A DNA stretch of 64,000 bases from positions 21,762,001 to 21,826,000 of the forward strand of contig CM120640.1 in assembly GCA_051362555.1 (NCBI GenBank), given 5' to 3'. Within the stretch, counting starts at the first letter, position 1; every line of letters starts with the position of its first letter. Source of the DNA: Lingula anatina. Lineage: Eukaryota > Animalia > Brachiopoda. The translations under genes were made by a program, and so were the position numbers. The notes under the pieces were generated by a model that was not told where the DNA came from, did not search any database, and was given only the letters and a program-made list of their open reading frames with translations. Shown here one piece after another: positions 60,453-64,000 of the stretch.

Positions 60453-61348
60453 AGCGGACTTGCAATCAAAAGTGCGCTTGCGCGTGCGAGCTTCCTGCAC
60501 CGGGAATGCTGGGAACGATTGTAGTTAGCGCCATGCATATGCAGACGATGCAAGATTCAATGGACAGTGAAGTACAAAATGTACCAGGTTCAGTGATAAC
60601 TGGGGCATTTGAAGGCTGCACTATACCTGAATTGAAGAGGTGGCTTCGATGTCTGGGAGCGTCCGTATCTGGCCGAAAAAAGGAACTTGTTGAGAGGTGA
60701 ATAGTTTTATGAATTATCGTTGCAGTCGTGAATGAAAACATGTAATCTACCAAGTTTCAGGTTGCCCCGGGCAGGTTGCTTGCTTGTATATCGTTTCTTC
60801 TTATTTTTTTTTTTCGAATGTTCTAATGGAGGATGAAGTATTTTAAACAATTTGCTCTTTTATATTTCCATTTGAAGTGATTCCGCCGGGAAATGTTTGT
60901 GTCCGCTGGGAATGTTTGTGTACATTTTCAAGTTGTAACATGTTTTCCCAGTCTAGGACTCATTATTGTCATTCCCCGATTTTCACAGAAATCTGATATT
61001 AAAAGTCGGATAGACTAAATAAAAACTGGATGTGACAATGGTGCAGTGCTTAAGCACTGAATGACCTGTTCAACAGCCCAAAGTGATTGAAATGAAATAA
61101 ATAAATACTATAAAATAAGACAGTGATTGAGATGAAAGAAATACTAGATAATATACAATAATATTTATTTATTTCTCTTGCAGGTGTTATATATACAGAA
61201 ACGACAAAGCAAGATGTAACAAAATAATAAATCCCGATGCAATAGCTCTAAAACAAGAAACCCTACCTGATGATGTTAACATGCACAATTTCGGATGGAC
61301 CACATGTATTTCCCCATTACCCCAAAATCTACATTCATATATCTATGG

Positions 61349-62016
61349 CACCCTGAGCTTCAGAGCTAACTTGACACTAACCTCTTCACTGTAGCCTATC
61401 TTCATCGTGTCAAGTAACCTCTGACCAGATTCGATTGCCTCCGCCGCCCGCCAATCAAATTTAAAAGCCTGCACTCAATGACTCATTAAACGATCTAGCC
61501 AATGAACGCGAACGAGTCAAAGCGCGCTTTGTTCAAATCCGGACCAATCAAAGATAAGGCTGAATATCAGGGACTTGCCGTAACCTGTGGGCAGCACGCA
61601 AATAACATCGTCTCTCAGTAGATATGATGCAGGGCCTCAAACTGCTTAGACCCTATGGTTTCAATTCCGATTTACTCATATTTTGCAAAGAATCAAGAGA
61701 TAACTTAACACATTCTTTTTCGTAGTCACTCGCCTTGCTTTCTTTGTGTACGGTAATACACTCGGAACTACTCGGATGTCTCCGCACTCGACAATAACTA
61801 TGTTGTTAGTATGGAGCTTGCGGAATCAGCCGAGGATTGCCGATTGACGGTCAACCAATCAGCGTTTTCACCAAACTTTGGTGAAAAATTTTGAAACATG
61901 GATTTGATTGGCTTATATAAACTAGGTCAAACTATTTTCGTCAGAGGTTACTTGACACGATGGAGATAGGCTACAGTGAAAAGGTTAGTGTCAAGTTAGC
62001 TCTGAAGCTCAGGGTG
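61349..62016. mobile_element. 668-bp MITE with 77-bp TIRs and an 8-bp TSD (hAT/P/Zisupton-type)
   Basis: TSD ATCTATGG at 61341-61348 and 62017-62024. TIRs 61349-61425 and 61940-62016 differ at 2 positions. Removing the element restores the frame SYIYGHLGGK. Confidence 0.93.
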
Positions 62017-62999
62017 ATCTATGGCCACCTTGGGGGAAAAACTGAAAAACATTTTTCTGCAGGGTATAATATGTTCAAGTGTGGAAAAGTTAGAAATATT
62101 TTGCTTCGAGAAAATCCAGAATGTGTAGAAGTAAAGGGGGTGGTAAATTCAAGCTACAAAAAAGACAATTATTCTGTATTTATTTCTATTTCAAAAAATC
62201 AGATGCACATTTATGGACAGTGTAAATGTGTGTCAGGAGGCAGTGGGAAATGCAAGCATGTTGCTGCTGTACTCTTTCAGTTGTCAGATTACCAACTGAG
62301 TGGTGTGAAAAACATCCCCGAGGTGCTTGCCTGCACAGAAAAGCCACGTCAATGGGGGGTGAAAAATTCTGCAGTGAAAGTGTCTGACAAATTTTCTGAC
62401 TTGGTGTTTGTAAAATATGGAATGGAAAAAAACAATGAAAAGAATTTACAAAGCACAAAGAGGAGGATGGAGTTTAATAGCCTGCCCCCAAATAAGCAAG
62501 CCTTACCAAAGTCCAGACTAAGAGAATTAGGGGAAGATCTTGCTGGATGGCAGAAAATGTGGAGCATAACTATCCTGAAGGTATGTATATGAATATTTTA
62601 GTAATTGTTTGGGATTTTGATTTAAAAAATGATTCATAATGAACTTGTATATGCCATGGATGTGTGGGTGGATGGGTAGAAAGAAATGAAAGACTCCTAT
62701 GCACATTGTCAATGTCTTGAGTATATATATATTTATATATATAGATATATATCAACCTACAATGAACTGTGCACAGGAAGGTTTAACTGTAAATTAAAAT
62801 ATTAGTTTCAGTGCCCTATGGATTTGTATTAAATGTATGTAAATATAAAGAAACGTAAAAGTTCATTTAAATTTTTTTATTGATGAAAAATGAAACATCC
62901 AGATTCTATTTTTCCTTATTTTTATTTTTAGTGTCGTATCTTTATGTTAGTGTTTCCAAAATTATTTGTGTGACATCATCTGAAACATTAATTTCATGT

Positions 63000-63325
63000 T
63001 TTTTTTTTTTTATTTTCAGGCCACTGATGCCGAGTCTGCTGTACCAGCATTGGGAGATGAAGTAAGTTTACAAGTACCTAAAGTAGTATACACGAAGAAT
63101 TGCATGATATAATTTAGTTAGATAATGGGGAAAGATTTCAACTTATTTTAATTTCATGTTTTATATAATTTTCAGGCCAATGATGACAAGTCTGCAGTAC
63201 CAGCATTGGGAGATGAAGTAAGTTTACAAGTACCTAAAGTAGTTTACAGCTATCTGGTTATTTGATCAGAATGAAGAATATTGCAAGATATAATTTAGTT
63301 AGATATAGAAAAGATTTCAACTTAT
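63000..63325 (+). repeat. Tandem duplication of about 156 bp containing a 42-nt exon
   Basis: Exons ATDAESAVPALGDE (63020-63061) and ANDDKSAVPALGDE (63176-63217) share flanking intron sequence. Confidence 0.85.
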
Positions 63326-64000
63326 TGATCCCCACCCCGCCCCAAGTTTTAACAACAAGTATCTCAGTATATACTGTGTAATTTATTTCTTTTATATAGC
63401 TTTCATTATACATTTACACGTAAAATACTTTTTCCCCTTTATGACAATATTGTAATTTGTACATGTTTTTTGATATTTTTTTTTCATTTATTACTGCAGA
63501 ATCAACTAACAGAGAAGCAGTCTGATCAGTTCTTCCCGAATAGTAAATGTCCATGCACTGAATCTAATAAAATGGCAAGTTTTTAAAATCTTCCTAAAAT
63601 TGTAATTTTACCCTTAAAAGTAAACCTGTAATTTCATCTGAACATTTATTATGTAATTCTGAATTTTAATGCAGTTGTGATATAAATAGAACTGGTTAAA
63701 AATCTTAGAGAATAACATATTGCACTTTTTAATGAACATCATGTCTTTTTTTCTCAAGCCAGTCCTTTGCCTTTTAATGTTTAATTAATAACCTTGCCTC
63801 ATTTCAGAACTTACCAATAAATCCATCAGTACCAGAAGACCTAGAAAGCATTGAATTTAAAAAGAGATGCACCAGATATGCATCTTCACTGAAACAACTG
63901 ACCAGAGGTGAGATTGACCAAGTGGAAAAGGAGACAAGAGAGCAGGCAGACAACGAGAATTGGTTCAAACATCGCAAAGGTTATACTTCAGTCAATCATA

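Larger units (their letters stand above)
60453..64000 (+). mobile_element. ISL2EU/Harbinger-like transposon (runs past the window end)
   Basis: Begins AT|AGCGGACTTG exactly where the HINE copy diverges from its sibling (GATTCAAT|TCTTAGG at about 58970). Carries a spliced SAP-SWIM-YqaJ gene. Confidence 0.75.
60533..64000 (+). pseudogene. Transposon gene with a SAP-like domain, a SWIM zinc finger and a YqaJ/lambda-exonuclease start, interrupted by a MITE
   Basis: Exons about 60533-60696 (VPGS..ELKRWLRCLGASVSGRKKELVER), 61184-61348 joined to 62025-62580 (CKCVSGGSGKCKHVAAVL = SWIM CxCx(n)CxH; CTEKPRQW), 63020-63061, 63176-63217, 63500-63574 and 63808 to the end (EKETREQADNENWFKHRKG, resembling the YqaJ N-terminal motif). 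Confidence 0.8.

Noticed and set aside
59614-60524. ORFs of 161 and 121 aa (and 58682-58975) that share sequence
   Set aside because: They are chance translations of the repeated HINE-like element and show no recognisable domain.
61960-62592. 210-aa ORF as a stand-alone host gene
   Set aside because: Its first 19 codons come from a MITE TIR; the rest is an internal exon of a transposon gene.

Overview
AT-rich, intron-rich animal genomic DNA (GT-AG introns; the repeat types suggest a marine invertebrate, possibly a mollusc, which is an inference). It contains a tandem array of five same-strand tetraspanin genes (the first partial; the last two are recent duplicates), then a minus-strand PRMT1 gene. 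PRMT1 appears to share a compact palindromic divergent promoter with a downstream CD151/TSPAN11-like tetraspanin. The window ends in a nest of transposons: Helentron/HINE-like repeats, an ISL2EU-like SAP-SWIM-YqaJ element, and a MITE with an 8-bp TSD. The most notable finding is that PRMT1 carries two homologous 116-nt exons (32706-32821 and 32445-32560) encoding alternative dimerization-arm segments. The reading frame allows only one of them, and the flanking introns hold complementary sequences that could control mutually exclusive splicing through RNA structure. Other notable signals are replacement-biased EC2 divergence in the young tetraspanin pair, triplicated stop-containing decoy acceptors in the CD151-like gene, and a MITE that supplies an in-frame ATG to the gene it interrupts. 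All gene models were built by eye from splice consensus and translation; no database searches were run.
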